Shown: positions 36,605 to 58,914, counted from the stretch's first letter. The stretch is 64,000 nucleotides of DNA from a virus (IMGVR_UViG_3300025467_000526:1-64000), one strand, 5' to 3'. The notes: generated by a model from the sequence alone, not told the origin. Numbers and translations are program-made.

Positions 36605-37971
36605 TTCGAAATATAAAAAAATCTGTGCAAGATAGAAAATTAAAACACGTTAAACACGACTTGGATAAGATTGGTCCAGGTATGTGTCTGGCCAAATGGA
36701 AACAAGTAACTGTACACCTGCCTACCGGTCATACCCATAGTTGCCATCATCCTAAAACTCACGTAATTCCTATTGAGGAAATTAAACGTAATCCTAGTGC
36801 ATTACACAATACAGAATATAAAAAAGAATTGCGTAAACAAATGATGACTGGTACTCGTCCTAGTGAATGTCAGTACTGCTGGAACGTAGAAGATAAGACC
36901 GATGCGTTCAGTGATAGAACATACAAAAGTGCAGACGAGTGGGCATTACCTTATTTTAAAGAAGTTATAGACGCAGGGTGGGAAAAAGATATTAATCCCA
37001 GTTATTTAGAAATTAGTTTTAGTTACGGATGTAATTTTAAATGTAGTTACTGTAGTCCAGAAATTAGCAGTAAATGGATGGAAGAAATACAACAGTTTGG
37101 CGGATACCCTACACATTTAAATTATAATCATTTAAAGATGTTTGAAGATGATCATAAAATGCCAATACCTGAAAGAGAAGAAAATCCTTATGTAGATGCG
37201 TTTTGGCAATGGTGGCCCGAATTATATCCTAATTTGCATACCTTCCGCATTACAGGCGGCGAGCCTTTAATGACTAAACATACTTTCAAAGTGTTAGACT
37301 ATATCATTGATAATCCTAATCCTAATTTAGAATTGGGCATTAACAGTAACTTAGGTGTTCCAAAAAAACTTATAGACGAATTTATTAAAAAGATAAAAGT
37401 CATACATGAGAAAAATGCTGTTAAATCTTTAACAATTTATACAAGTTGCGAAGCACAAGGAGTCCAAGCCGAATATATAAGATTTGGTTTGAACTATACC
37501 GAATGGCTTGATAACTGTAATTTATTGTTAAGCGAAAGCCCTAATACTAGATTAATTGTAATGTCAACATACAATGCATTATCAGTTAATTCTTATACAG
37601 GGTTTTTGACAGACTTTTTGGAATTAAAGAAGAAGTATGTGACTAGCAAAAGATGGGTAGGTATTGATATTCCTTATTTGCGTAATCCGGAATGGATGAC
37701 TGTTGGTATGCTTACAGAAGATTTCCTACCAATCACATTGTCAAGTTTAGAATATATGAAAGTAAACAAAGGATACTATACTGATTATGAAATTGATCGT
37801 ATGCAACGAGTATATGAACTTTTCGAATCTTTACTTGCTAGTCCGATGAAAGGTTTAGAAATTTGGAGAAGAGACTTTTACAAGTTTGTAAACGAGCACG
37901 ACAGACGCAGAGGAACCAATTTCTTACAAGCATTTCCCGAAATGGAAAAGTTCTATCAGCTATGTAAGTAG
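36595..37971 (+). CDS. radical SAM enzyme, paralog family B (4th copy, outside the island)
   Basis: CNFKCSYC, ITGGEPL, and N-terminal C…P…C spacing (GMCLAKW…HSCHHP). Confidence 0.65.
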   Translation: MDLIRNIKKSVQDRKLKHVKHDLDKIGPGMCLAKWKQVTVHLPTGHTHSCHHPKTHVIPIEEIKRNPSALHNTEYKKELRKQMMTGTRPSECQYCWNVEDKTDAFSDRTYKSADEWALPYFKEVIDAGWEKDINPSYLEISFSYGCNFKCSYCSPEISSKWMEEIQQFGGYPTHLNYNHLKMFEDDHKMPIPEREENPYVDAFWQWWPELYPNLHTFRITGGEPLMTKHTFKVLDYIIDNPNPNLELGINSNLGVPKKLIDEFIKKIKVIHEKNAVKSLTIYTSCEAQGVQAEYIRFGLNYTEWLDNCNLLLSESPNTRLIVMSTYNALSVNSYTGFLTDFLELKKKYVTSKRWVGIDIPYLRNPEWMTVGMLTEDFLPITLSSLEYMKVNKGYYTDYEIDRMQRVYELFESLLASPMKGLEIWRRDFYKFVNEHDRRRGTNFLQAFPEMEKFYQLCK

Positions 37972-37994
37972 GTACTAACTTACCAATTTTACAG

Positions 37995-38023
37995 TTGACA
38001 GCTAAGTAGTTCGAAGCTATAAT
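37995..38023 (+). promoter_or_regulatory. consensus sigma70-type promoter
   Basis: TTGACA, 17 nt, TATAAT, all exact. Confidence 0.65.
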
Positions 38024-38054
38024 ATATACATGTTAAACAAAGCAGGAGCAGAAA

Positions 38055-39245
38055 TTGGCAAAGACAGCAACTAAAACTCGCGTTACCAAAAAGCAGGTAA
38101 CTGCACATCGCACACGAGCTGTGAAAGATCACAGTCCAGTTTGGGACGATGTTGAGAAAATGACAGCTGAACAATTTCAGCGTCACTGGCACAATGCTAT
38201 GAGCTATTACCGTTTGGAATTTAGCGGTAAAGATTTGAAGCCTGCGGTTATCAAATGGATGACTGATACTGGTTGTACCAAAGCTGACATTACAGCTTTT
38301 AAGAAAACCAAAGATAATCGTTGCAACACTACAATGGGTGCCATTGCAAGTTGTTTGTTACGTGGTATGCCATCTATTCGTGCAGACTTTAATCAAGGTC
38401 GAGACACAAGTGCATGGTTGCGTGAGCAGATTGTAGAAGTAATTGAAGCTGGCAAGAACGACAAAGACGAAGACGAAGTGATTACAGACAAGCCTGTAGT
38501 AGTTCAGCCTTCAATTCAAGAGCGTGTCAAAGAAGCCGCTTATCGAATGACTGAAGAATTGGAAGACGCTATTGAAGGCTTCCAAACAGATCCAGAAAAC
38601 TTTGATCCAAAAGCGTTCAAAGTGCTTAACTTGCTCAAGGGCAAACAAGTCAAAGCCGCACATGCTAGACTTATTAAAACCCTCTACAGCAGGGATTTAG
38701 CTGAACTGGAGGAGTTGGCATCCGGCAAAGCAGACGAGCAGTTACGTGAGGGCTATGCCCATCGTAGTAAGAAGCAAATCAAGAATTTGATTGCTTTTTA
38801 CCAAGAAATCATGAGTGCTTGCGATATGCTTGCTCAAGAAGCCAAAGTTAATCGTGCGCCACGTGCTCGTAAAACACAGCCAAAAGAGAAGGTTGTTGCC
38901 AAAATGAAGTACATGAAGAGCAATGAACCTTTGAAATTAGTTAGTATCAACCCGACAGACATTATTGGTGCTAAGGAACTTTGGATCTTTAACACTAAGA
39001 CTCGTAAATTGGGCAAGTATGTAGCCTCCGAATTCAACGATTTGGGTGTTAAAGGAACTACAATTACAGGATTTGATGAATTCAAAAGCATCCAAAAGAC
39101 TGTACGTAAACCCGAAGACAAGCTGAAAGAGTTCAAAGCCGCAGGCAAAGTACAACTACGCAAGTTTTTGGAAGATATTAATGCTACAGACACTAAAATG
39201 AATGGACGCATTAATGAGGATACAGTACTGTTAAAAGTACAATAA
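38055..39245 (+). CDS. hypothetical Lys/Glu-rich protein (TTG start)
   Basis: 396-aa ORF. There is no in-frame ATG near the 5' end. An AGGAG RBS lies 7 nt upstream of TTG 38055. Confidence 0.45.
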   Translation: MAKTATKTRVTKKQVTAHRTRAVKDHSPVWDDVEKMTAEQFQRHWHNAMSYYRLEFSGKDLKPAVIKWMTDTGCTKADITAFKKTKDNRCNTTMGAIASCLLRGMPSIRADFNQGRDTSAWLREQIVEVIEAGKNDKDEDEVITDKPVVVQPSIQERVKEAAYRMTEELEDAIEGFQTDPENFDPKAFKVLNLLKGKQVKAAHARLIKTLYSRDLAELEELASGKADEQLREGYAHRSKKQIKNLIAFYQEIMSACDMLAQEAKVNRAPRARKTQPKEKVVAKMKYMKSNEPLKLVSINPTDIIGAKELWIFNTKTRKLGKYVASEFNDLGVKGTTITGFDEFKSIQKTVRKPEDKLKEFKAAGKVQLRKFLEDINATDTKMNGRINEDTVLLKVQ

Positions 39246-39291
39246 TCCTTTTTCGAAACGTGGATAAATACTTAAAAGAGAGTGTTTATCC

Positions 39292-40710
39292 ATGGCCTAC
39301 GAAATTAATGATCATTTAGAAGTTACCGGTAATGTACAAGTCGAACAAAATTTGACAGTTGCAGGTACTATTACAACCAACACATTTAATGTTCAAAACC
39401 TAGTTACTCCTAACGGTTCTTTAGCTTCAGTGGGGCAATGGAATTATGGAACAGAAAACGAACTAAACGGCAAAGGGTTTAGTTGGGGTTATAGTGGCGG
39501 TCTTACTCAATTAATTTATCGTAGTGGCGGACGTTTATGGACTAATAGCAATATAGATTTGCAACAAGGATCTAGCTATAACATTGACAACATTCCTGTA
39601 ATAACTGCCAGTGCATTAGGTAGTACTATTACCAGCAGTAACTTACAACAATTAGGTGTTTTAAAATCCTTACAGGTATCAGGATACACAAGTTTAGGCG
39701 GATTTGCTTTTATCGATAATAGTTCAGATCGCATTGGTCTTGGAACAGCAGAACCAACAGACTCTATCAGTATTTTAACAAATGGTGTTCAATTAGATAT
39801 CGGTAGCAGAGAATTAGGCAAAGGTTCTATTGGTACTTTTACCAGTAGTGATTTCCAAATCCTTACAGATAATTTACCGCGTATTACAGTTAAATCAACT
39901 GGTGTAGTTAATATCGGCGATCCAGTAAACGGTGGCGGAGTATTGAACGTATACGGTACAGTATATGCACAAAGTATTCAAACTGACACACGTATTACTC
40001 GTAGCAGTCCTTTACAGTTTAATGCTAGCACAGATAATGCAATTTATGGTCTAGGTTTAACATGGACTGGTACTGGGCAAACACGTCAGCTAATCATGAT
40101 GAGTAGTCCAGATCGTTTATGGACTAGTGAAAGTTTTGATATCGGACCAAGTCAAAGTTACTATATCAACGGTGTTGTTGCACTACAAGCAAATGGTTTA
40201 GGTTCTGGAATTGTTAATAGTAATTTACAAGGACTAGGCGTATTAAGAAGTCTTGAAGTTGCAGGAACAACTACATTAAACACAACAACTTCCAAACAAT
40301 TAACTCTAGTCGATTCGCTTGGCGGATCACAATCTTTACAATTAACTAGCAGTGGAATTTTAGGCACAAATAATTTTTCATTCAAACTGGGCAGCCAAAA
40401 AATTATTAGTGTAGACACAGAACAACTTACTATTGGTGATCCTGTTCTTCAAAATAATGCTGTTCGTGTATTTGGTCCATTGAGTATCAATATCAATACT
40501 CCAGATCCTACACTACAGTTTAGTGTTAATGGAGATGTTAATATTGGAGGCAAACGTTTTACCAATGGTGGAATGGCTCCTACTACAGGAATATATCATC
40601 TTGGAGATATCTGTTGGAACATTGCTCCAGTACCAGGTGGACATATTGGCTGGGTGTGTATTGCAAGTGGTACACCAGGACAGTGGGCATCATTTGGACA
40701 GATAGGTTAA
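39292..40710 (+). CDS. structural (fibre/baseplate-like) protein
   Basis: 472 aa, G/S/T/N-rich. Preceded by a GGATAAATAC…AAAAGAGAG late-type leader. Confidence 0.45.
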   Translation: MAYEINDHLEVTGNVQVEQNLTVAGTITTNTFNVQNLVTPNGSLASVGQWNYGTENELNGKGFSWGYSGGLTQLIYRSGGRLWTNSNIDLQQGSSYNIDNIPVITASALGSTITSSNLQQLGVLKSLQVSGYTSLGGFAFIDNSSDRIGLGTAEPTDSISILTNGVQLDIGSRELGKGSIGTFTSSDFQILTDNLPRITVKSTGVVNIGDPVNGGGVLNVYGTVYAQSIQTDTRITRSSPLQFNASTDNAIYGLGLTWTGTGQTRQLIMMSSPDRLWTSESFDIGPSQSYYINGVVALQANGLGSGIVNSNLQGLGVLRSLEVAGTTTLNTTTSKQLTLVDSLGGSQSLQLTSSGILGTNNFSFKLGSQKIISVDTEQLTIGDPVLQNNAVRVFGPLSININTPDPTLQFSVNGDVNIGGKRFTNGGMAPTTGIYHLGDICWNIAPVPGGHIGWVCIASGTPGQWASFGQIG

Positions 40711-40719
40711 TCAATACTA

Positions 40720-40747
40720 TTGACCTTACACTATAAAAGTGTATAAT
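40720..40747 (+). promoter_or_regulatory. sigma70-type promoter
   Basis: TTGACC, 16 nt, TATAAT. Confidence 0.5.
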
Positions 40748-40820
40748 TATATTATGCGGACTTAGGCATTCATCCCGCAATATAAACTCTGCATGTCATT
40801 GCTACTTTTAGGAGAAGACA

Positions 40821-41348
40821 ATGGCAAAATTTTACTCAACAAAAACATACGGTAACGACCGTGGCTTATCATGCTGTTTTAGACAATGGCGTGCCACACA
40901 TAGTCACTGCTCATTATTGCATGGATACTCAATTGGTATCAAATTAATCTTTGAATGTGATACATTGGACGAAAAGAACTGGGGTATGGACTTTGGCGGA
41001 CTCAAGGAATTTAAGGCGTGGGCAGACTATATGTTTGATCATACCACTGTAATTGCCGAAGATGATCCATTGCTAGATAGATTCAAACTAATGGCAGGTT
41101 GGAGTTCCAATCCAGAACATGATAACAATCCAGAACGTGTACAAGTAGAGCCCTATCGTAGATCGGGTGTATGCGATTTACGCATTGTACCCGGTGTGGG
41201 TTGCGAACTATTTGCTAAAATGTGCTATGACAAAATGGCAGATTTATTGGTAAATGGCAACCATCGTTATCCATTAAACCCTAGTGTTCGAATTAAGAGT
41301 GTAGAAGTGTTTGAACATGCTGGTAATTCGGCTACATACGAAGGCTAA
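40821..41348 (+). CDS. QueD / 6-pyruvoyl-tetrahydropterin-synthase-fold protein
   Basis: SHCSLLHGYSI corresponds to the PTPS/QueD C-x3-HGH zinc motif, with the last His replaced by Tyr. GMDFGGLKEFK and FDHTTV align with E. coli QueD GWIIDFAELK and LDHHYLN. Confidence 0.55.
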   Translation: MAKFYSTKTYGNDRGLSCCFRQWRATHSHCSLLHGYSIGIKLIFECDTLDEKNWGMDFGGLKEFKAWADYMFDHTTVIAEDDPLLDRFKLMAGWSSNPEHDNNPERVQVEPYRRSGVCDLRIVPGVGCELFAKMCYDKMADLLVNGNHRYPLNPSVRIKSVEVFEHAGNSATYEG

Positions 41349-41357
41349 TCAAAGAGT

Positions 41358-41386
41358 TTGACTCTATAAGGACATAGTGTTATAAT
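41358..41386 (+). promoter_or_regulatory. consensus sigma70-type promoter embedded in a palindrome
   Basis: TTGACT, 17 nt, TATAAT. Confidence 0.65.
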
Positions 41387-41407
41387 ACACTATGTCCATT
41401 TTTATTG
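41370..41407 (+). terminator. hairpin plus T-run overlapping the -10 element (candidate terminator or operator)
   Basis: Perfect 11-bp inverted repeat GGACATAGTGT-[TATAAT]-ACACTATGTCC, followed by ATTTTTATT. Confidence 0.45.
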
Positions 41408-41417
41408 ATTACACATT

Positions 41418-42443
41418 ATGAAACGTATCGGCTTTGCCTGCAAATGGATCGACCATCCAGAACAAACTGAAGGTATCAAAGCTAACGATGATGCCAAACA
41501 GTACAATACTGGCGGTACTACAGTTACTTGGTTAAATAAACAGACAACAGAAGTAGCAGAACAAAAGCTATGGGACCTAATGGTTCAGAATATCGAATCT
41601 ACCCGAAAACTTGTAACTAGAGTAGGAACTTTGAATGAACATTTACGTATGGTCCGTATTAGTAGTGATATTTTACCTGTATATACTCAAGCTGACTGGA
41701 GTTATTTTTGGCGTCGTGCTGACGTCGTGGACTACTGCGAGCGGCACTTTAGAGAAGTTGGTGATGTTGCTCGTGAGCACAATGTTAGGTTGTCTTTTCA
41801 TCCTGGCCAGTTTACTGTCTTGGCAAGTGATAATCCAGGCATTGTTGGCCGCTCTATAGAGGAGTTTGAATATCATGCGGATATGGCACGATACATGGGC
41901 TACGGTAAAACCTTCCAGGATCTTAAAATCAATGTACACATCTCGGGTAAACAAGGTCCCGAAGGTATTAGACGTGCCTACAAGCTACTCTCACCCGAAG
42001 CCCGCAATACCATTACTATTGAAAATGAAGAAAACTCATGGGGGTTAAATGATTGTCTTACTATTAGCGATATCGTTCCTATTGTGCTCGATATTCACCA
42101 TCACTGGATTCGCGAAGGGGAGTATATCTCTTCGACAGACGATCGCGTTAAGCGTGTTGTGGATAGTTGGCGTGGTGTGCGGCCTACTTGTCATTATTCA
42201 GTCAGTCGAGAAGATTATCTTGTGGACCATGACCAATCTACCGCACCTGTTCATGCCCAACTCCTTCTAGACGGATACAAAAAACAAAAGCTCAGAGCTC
42301 ATTCAGACTTCTACTGGAACACAGCAACGAATGAATGGGCTTTGAGCTTTTTGAATTCGCACGATATTATGTGCGAGTCTAAAGGCAAGAATTTAGCTAG
42401 TCGTGCTCTATACGAGCAAGCTAAAAGTCTTACTCTGCTTTAG
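41418..42443 (+). CDS. UV DNA damage endonuclease (UvdE/UvsE family)
   Basis: RLSFHPGQFTVLAS and KINVHISGKQG align with the UvdE SFHPNQFTLFTS and INIHIGGAYG blocks. Confidence 0.65.
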   Translation: MKRIGFACKWIDHPEQTEGIKANDDAKQYNTGGTTVTWLNKQTTEVAEQKLWDLMVQNIESTRKLVTRVGTLNEHLRMVRISSDILPVYTQADWSYFWRRADVVDYCERHFREVGDVAREHNVRLSFHPGQFTVLASDNPGIVGRSIEEFEYHADMARYMGYGKTFQDLKINVHISGKQGPEGIRRAYKLLSPEARNTITIENEENSWGLNDCLTISDIVPIVLDIHHHWIREGEYISSTDDRVKRVVDSWRGVRPTCHYSVSREDYLVDHDQSTAPVHAQLLLDGYKKQKLRAHSDFYWNTATNEWALSFLNSHDIMCESKGKNLASRALYEQAKSLTLL

Positions 42444-42699
42444 GCTTACGAGGAGCACGTGGCTTCTTAACTTTAGTTTCTGGCAAGTAATCGGAACGCT
42501 CTTCGATTAATTGTTTGGTTGTTTTAGTTTTTTTAGCCGCAGGCTTTTTCTTAGCGGGTGTTGGTGCTGGAATAGACTCTAGCATTGCACGAGTAATATC
42601 GTCAGCTACCGGTTTAGTTGGTGTTTCTAATTTATAAGGTACTTCAGTTTCTACTTTTTTTGGTTTTAAAGCAAAAATCTTTTTGATAAATTCTCTCAT
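42430..42699 (-). CDS. small lysine-rich basic protein (possible DNA-binding)
   Basis: C-terminal KKKPAAKKTKTTKQ…KVKKPRAPRKPKAE. Confidence 0.45.
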   Translation of the reverse strand: MREFIKKIFALKPKKVETEVPYKLETPTKPVADDITRAMLESIPAPTPAKKKPAAKKTKTTKQLIEERSDYLPETKVKKPRAPRKPKAE

Positions 42700-42711
42700 A
42701 ATAATCTCCTG

Positions 42712-43644
42712 TTGATTATTTATTTACTATATAACAATATGCAAAAACTTCCCCTTGTTACTGTGACTTGTGCTAGAGACTTAGCATTGCTCGAATTACA
42801 AGCACAAAGTATCTACAAGCATTTAACACCAGGACATGATGTTTATATAGTAGTAAACGAAGCAGATCCTAGTGAATGGCAATCGATATTTGACGAAAAG
42901 ATTAAACACTACTATACTCATCAATACCTACATACTTACTATAGGCATGAATTCGATGCACCGTGGGCCAGTTGGCGCCCAGGAATGACTAATCAATGGT
43001 CAAGCGGTTGGGAAACACAACAAATTCTAAAATTAGCTATCGCAAAACAAATAGCTAACCCAGGATATTTTGTCTTAGATACGCAAAATTTTTTAATCCA
43101 TCCGTGGTCTTGCTCCATAGAAAATGAAAAACTTCCTTATAGAAGTGGCAAATTTGTCATGCCTATCGAAACCTGGGATGCTTACGCAACAGCATTAGAT
43201 ACCGATATCGGATATCCAACCGACGATACGCTGTCTATATGTACTCCAATTTTTTTAAACACACATTTGGTATTGTCTTTAATAGAATATTTTAAAGGTC
43301 TTGCAGAATTTTCAAAATGGTTTAAATCTACCCGTAATAAAAGCGAATTTATTCTATATCTATTGTGGGCAGAAAAAAATGGCGGACTAGATAAATTTCA
43401 TTATAAAGTCAATGACTGGGGTAATCCTATGCTCAGGGATGGTCCAAACTTTGACGCAGATTTTGAATATTTCGTTGGGTTTATTGGACAGCATAAACCG
43501 CACGTATGGGTTAGTGCTAATCACAGGAGCTGGGGAGATATGAATGATTTTCAATATCATGCAGTATGTTCTAAACTTAAAGAATACGGATTAGAGCCTA
43601 ACTTTGCAGAATACAGAAAAGATTACTTAACAAAATACAGATAA
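42712..43644 (+). CDS. hypothetical protein
   Basis: 310-aa ORF. Confidence 0.45.
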   Translation: MIIYLLYNNMQKLPLVTVTCARDLALLELQAQSIYKHLTPGHDVYIVVNEADPSEWQSIFDEKIKHYYTHQYLHTYYRHEFDAPWASWRPGMTNQWSSGWETQQILKLAIAKQIANPGYFVLDTQNFLIHPWSCSIENEKLPYRSGKFVMPIETWDAYATALDTDIGYPTDDTLSICTPIFLNTHLVLSLIEYFKGLAEFSKWFKSTRNKSEFILYLLWAEKNGGLDKFHYKVNDWGNPMLRDGPNFDADFEYFVGFIGQHKPHVWVSANHRSWGDMNDFQYHAVCSKLKEYGLEPNFAEYRKDYLTKYR

Positions 43645-43651
43645 ATATACC

Positions 43652-44209
43652 ATGTACAATTTTATCAAGCATATTACTTTAAATGAAGGTCATACTCCTA
43701 AAACTCTAGTTCAAACTAAGTTACCCTATGCCAAGGATGATTTAGAGCCCAGTATAAGCGAAGATACTATTAACTATCATTATGGAAAATTGTACAAAGC
43801 CTATGTTACACGATTTAACGATGGTGAAGGCGATCCAGATTTTAATGAAGCAGGTGCTTTTTTACACGATATATACTTTACACAATTTCAAAGACCTACC
43901 CGATCCAACAACCCCGATGGATCTGCGGGTGAGTTTATTACCAAACATTTCAAAACATTTGATAAATTTACCGATGCTTTTGAAAAAGAAGCTATGAAAA
44001 TACAAGGTAGTGGATGGGTATATCTAGCCCGTGATGGCAAGATTAAAACAATTAAAAATCACGAAATTAAGATGGACATTATACTGTTGGTTGATTGGTG
44101 GGAACACTCATTTCAATTTGATTACGGAAGTGACAAAAAATCATATCTCAATAACCAGTGGAAAATTATGAACTGGAATATTATCTCAAGTAGGATTGGT
44201 TTGGCCTAG
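43652..44209 (+). CDS. Fe/Mn superoxide-dismutase-like protein (partly divergent metal site)
   Basis: KLPYAKDDLEPSISEDTINYHYGKLYKAY aligns with the SOD N-terminus [35 protein letters not shown] aligns with WNHTFYW. VDWWEHSFQFDY aligns with DVWEHAYY (Asp/His ligands). Confidence 0.5.
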   Translation: MYNFIKHITLNEGHTPKTLVQTKLPYAKDDLEPSISEDTINYHYGKLYKAYVTRFNDGEGDPDFNEAGAFLHDIYFTQFQRPTRSNNPDGSAGEFITKHFKTFDKFTDAFEKEAMKIQGSGWVYLARDGKIKTIKNHEIKMDIILLVDWWEHSFQFDYGSDKKSYLNNQWKIMNWNIISSRIGLA

Positions 44210-44228
44210 GGTAGAATAAATATACGAT

Positions 44229-44516
44229 ATGAAAACTATTAGAGATTACGTTAGATTAATTGAAAATATAGAAGCAGAAGGTTTCACTCAAGCCCATGCG
44301 GACGCAAACCGCCTTAAGCTTCAACAAGAAAAAGAAAGACAAGAACAGCACAGACAAGAAAAAACTCTAGCTAGATTTTCTTTACCTTTTAGGCCTGCTA
44401 ATGCGTTTGTAGTAGACGGACAAGGAAACAAAGTAGTACAATGTATCAATTCTGAAGATGCTGTTGAAGTATGTTTAGCATTAAACACAAAATTTGCTCA
44501 CGGTTTTAAACGTTAG
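44229..44516 (+). CDS. hypothetical protein
   Basis: 95-aa ORF. Confidence 0.4.
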   Translation: MKTIRDYVRLIENIEAEGFTQAHADANRLKLQQEKERQEQHRQEKTLARFSLPFRPANAFVVDGQGNKVVQCINSEDAVEVCLALNTKFAHGFKR

Positions 44517-44551
44517 CTCTAGAGTTGGTCTAGAAAATAAATAATATTACT

Positions 44552-45364
44552 ATGAAAATCTGGGAACTGTTAGACGAGGGTGTAAACGATCAATTCTTAT
44601 ATCACGGAGTGCCAGACGGTCCTACTATGATGAAGATATTAAAAAGTGGTGCTTTAAAACCTCAAGAGCCCTTTGACTTTGATCAAGACATGGATCAAGA
44701 AAATGGTGAAGAATCTATTCCACGCATAAGTCTAACTCGTAATCAATACTTGCATTTTCCCTACGGGCATGGTGTGGCTCAATTTGTTATAGATAAAAAT
44801 GCTTTACGTAAGCACGGCTACAAAGTAGTACCTAAGGTAGGTGCTATGATGCATTACAAATACGAAACTGAAGAACAGGTATATAAACCTATACCTATTC
44901 AGGCTCCATTTATAGTTGAAATACAATACGATCCTGACTTAAAAATCCCCAGAGGTTTTTTTGATCACGCTAAAACAATGGGTGTTAAAATTTCTCCGTG
45001 GCGCAAGGAAGGGCAAAATCCCCTAGCTAAACCGCCTGCTGATACTGGACCCCAACCGCAGAACGATTATACAGATCCGTCAAAATTAAAAATACACAAT
45101 AATGGATATACCAGTGGTAATCCTCCAAAGAAAACCGAACCCACTGAGTGGTATGTAGGTTATAATCGACCAGGTGGATTTATTGATATGATAGGCCAGC
45201 GAAGTAAAGATAAATCATATATACAAAAACTTTACCCGCAACTCAAAGATAGAGTTGCTAAGAAATTAGATTTTTCTGGATTACTCCCAGCTGATCAATA
45301 TAGAAAAGAATGGAAACGTGGATACAGTCAAGTACATCCAGGCGACAAGGATTGGCAAAGCTAA
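44552..45364 (+). CDS. hypothetical protein
   Basis: 270-aa ORF. Confidence 0.45.
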   Translation: MKIWELLDEGVNDQFLYHGVPDGPTMMKILKSGALKPQEPFDFDQDMDQENGEESIPRISLTRNQYLHFPYGHGVAQFVIDKNALRKHGYKVVPKVGAMMHYKYETEEQVYKPIPIQAPFIVEIQYDPDLKIPRGFFDHAKTMGVKISPWRKEGQNPLAKPPADTGPQPQNDYTDPSKLKIHNNGYTSGNPPKKTEPTEWYVGYNRPGGFIDMIGQRSKDKSYIQKLYPQLKDRVAKKLDFSGLLPADQYRKEWKRGYSQVHPGDKDWQS

Positions 45365-45648
45365 AATTGGCCTAGCGTCTTAAGGCTACTTACTGGCATG
45401 TCCCATACTTTGCGAGCTTCAACACCCTTTGATTGAGCAAATTTCTTAGCGTCGCAACAGCCACATACATGATAATAATTGTTGTTTAATCGCTTAGGAT
45501 CCATGCTTCCTTTGTCTCGATTAAACACTTCGTGACAAGCATCGCACCTAAACACTACTACACGTTTTTTGCGGTTATAAGTATGCACAGTACCTCTTTT
45601 ACCGGTACGTACATAGAAGTTTTCACGAAATTCAGTTCCGATATACAT
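45361..45648 (-). CDS. hypothetical zinc-ribbon-like protein
   Basis: Contains CDACH…CGCC. Confidence 0.4.
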   Translation of the reverse strand: MYIGTEFRENFYVRTGKRGTVHTYNRKKRVVVFRCDACHEVFNRDKGSMDPKRLNNNYYHVCGCCDAKKFAQSKGVEARKVWDMPVSSLKTLGQF

Positions 45649-45707
45649 ACTCTTATTTACATTAAGGTTATAAAAAGCCTTTGATAAATATCATATCGAG
45701 GGCTATT

Positions 45708-58536
<12,829 letters not shown>

Positions 58537-58537
<1 letters not shown>

Positions 58538-58914
58538 TGACACAACAAATAATCAATTTAGGAAATACAGCCAACGATGGTACTGGAGATCCTCTACGAA
58601 CAGCATTTACAAAAATAAATGCAAACTTTACCGATCTCTATTCTAACATACATTCAACTCAAATAGTTACTACTAGTTCTTATACCGCAACTAGTTCTGA
58701 TTATTACATTGGAGTTAATTATGCTGGGCCAGTAACTATTACTTTACCCAGCGTGAGCAATGGATTTCAATTGGTGATTAAAGACGAAAGCGGACGATCT
58801 TCAACTAATCCAATTACAATCGTAGGCACTATAGACAACAACACAAACATAATACTGGCAGCTAATAACGGAGCTTTGACTCTAATATACAGATCAGGAT
58901 GGAGATTAATCTAA
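58537..58914 (+). CDS. small fibre-module protein sharing the fibre N-terminal motif
   Basis: MTQQIINLGNTANDGTGDPLRTAFTKINANFTDLY. The ATGA start overlaps the stop of the giant gene. Confidence 0.5.
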
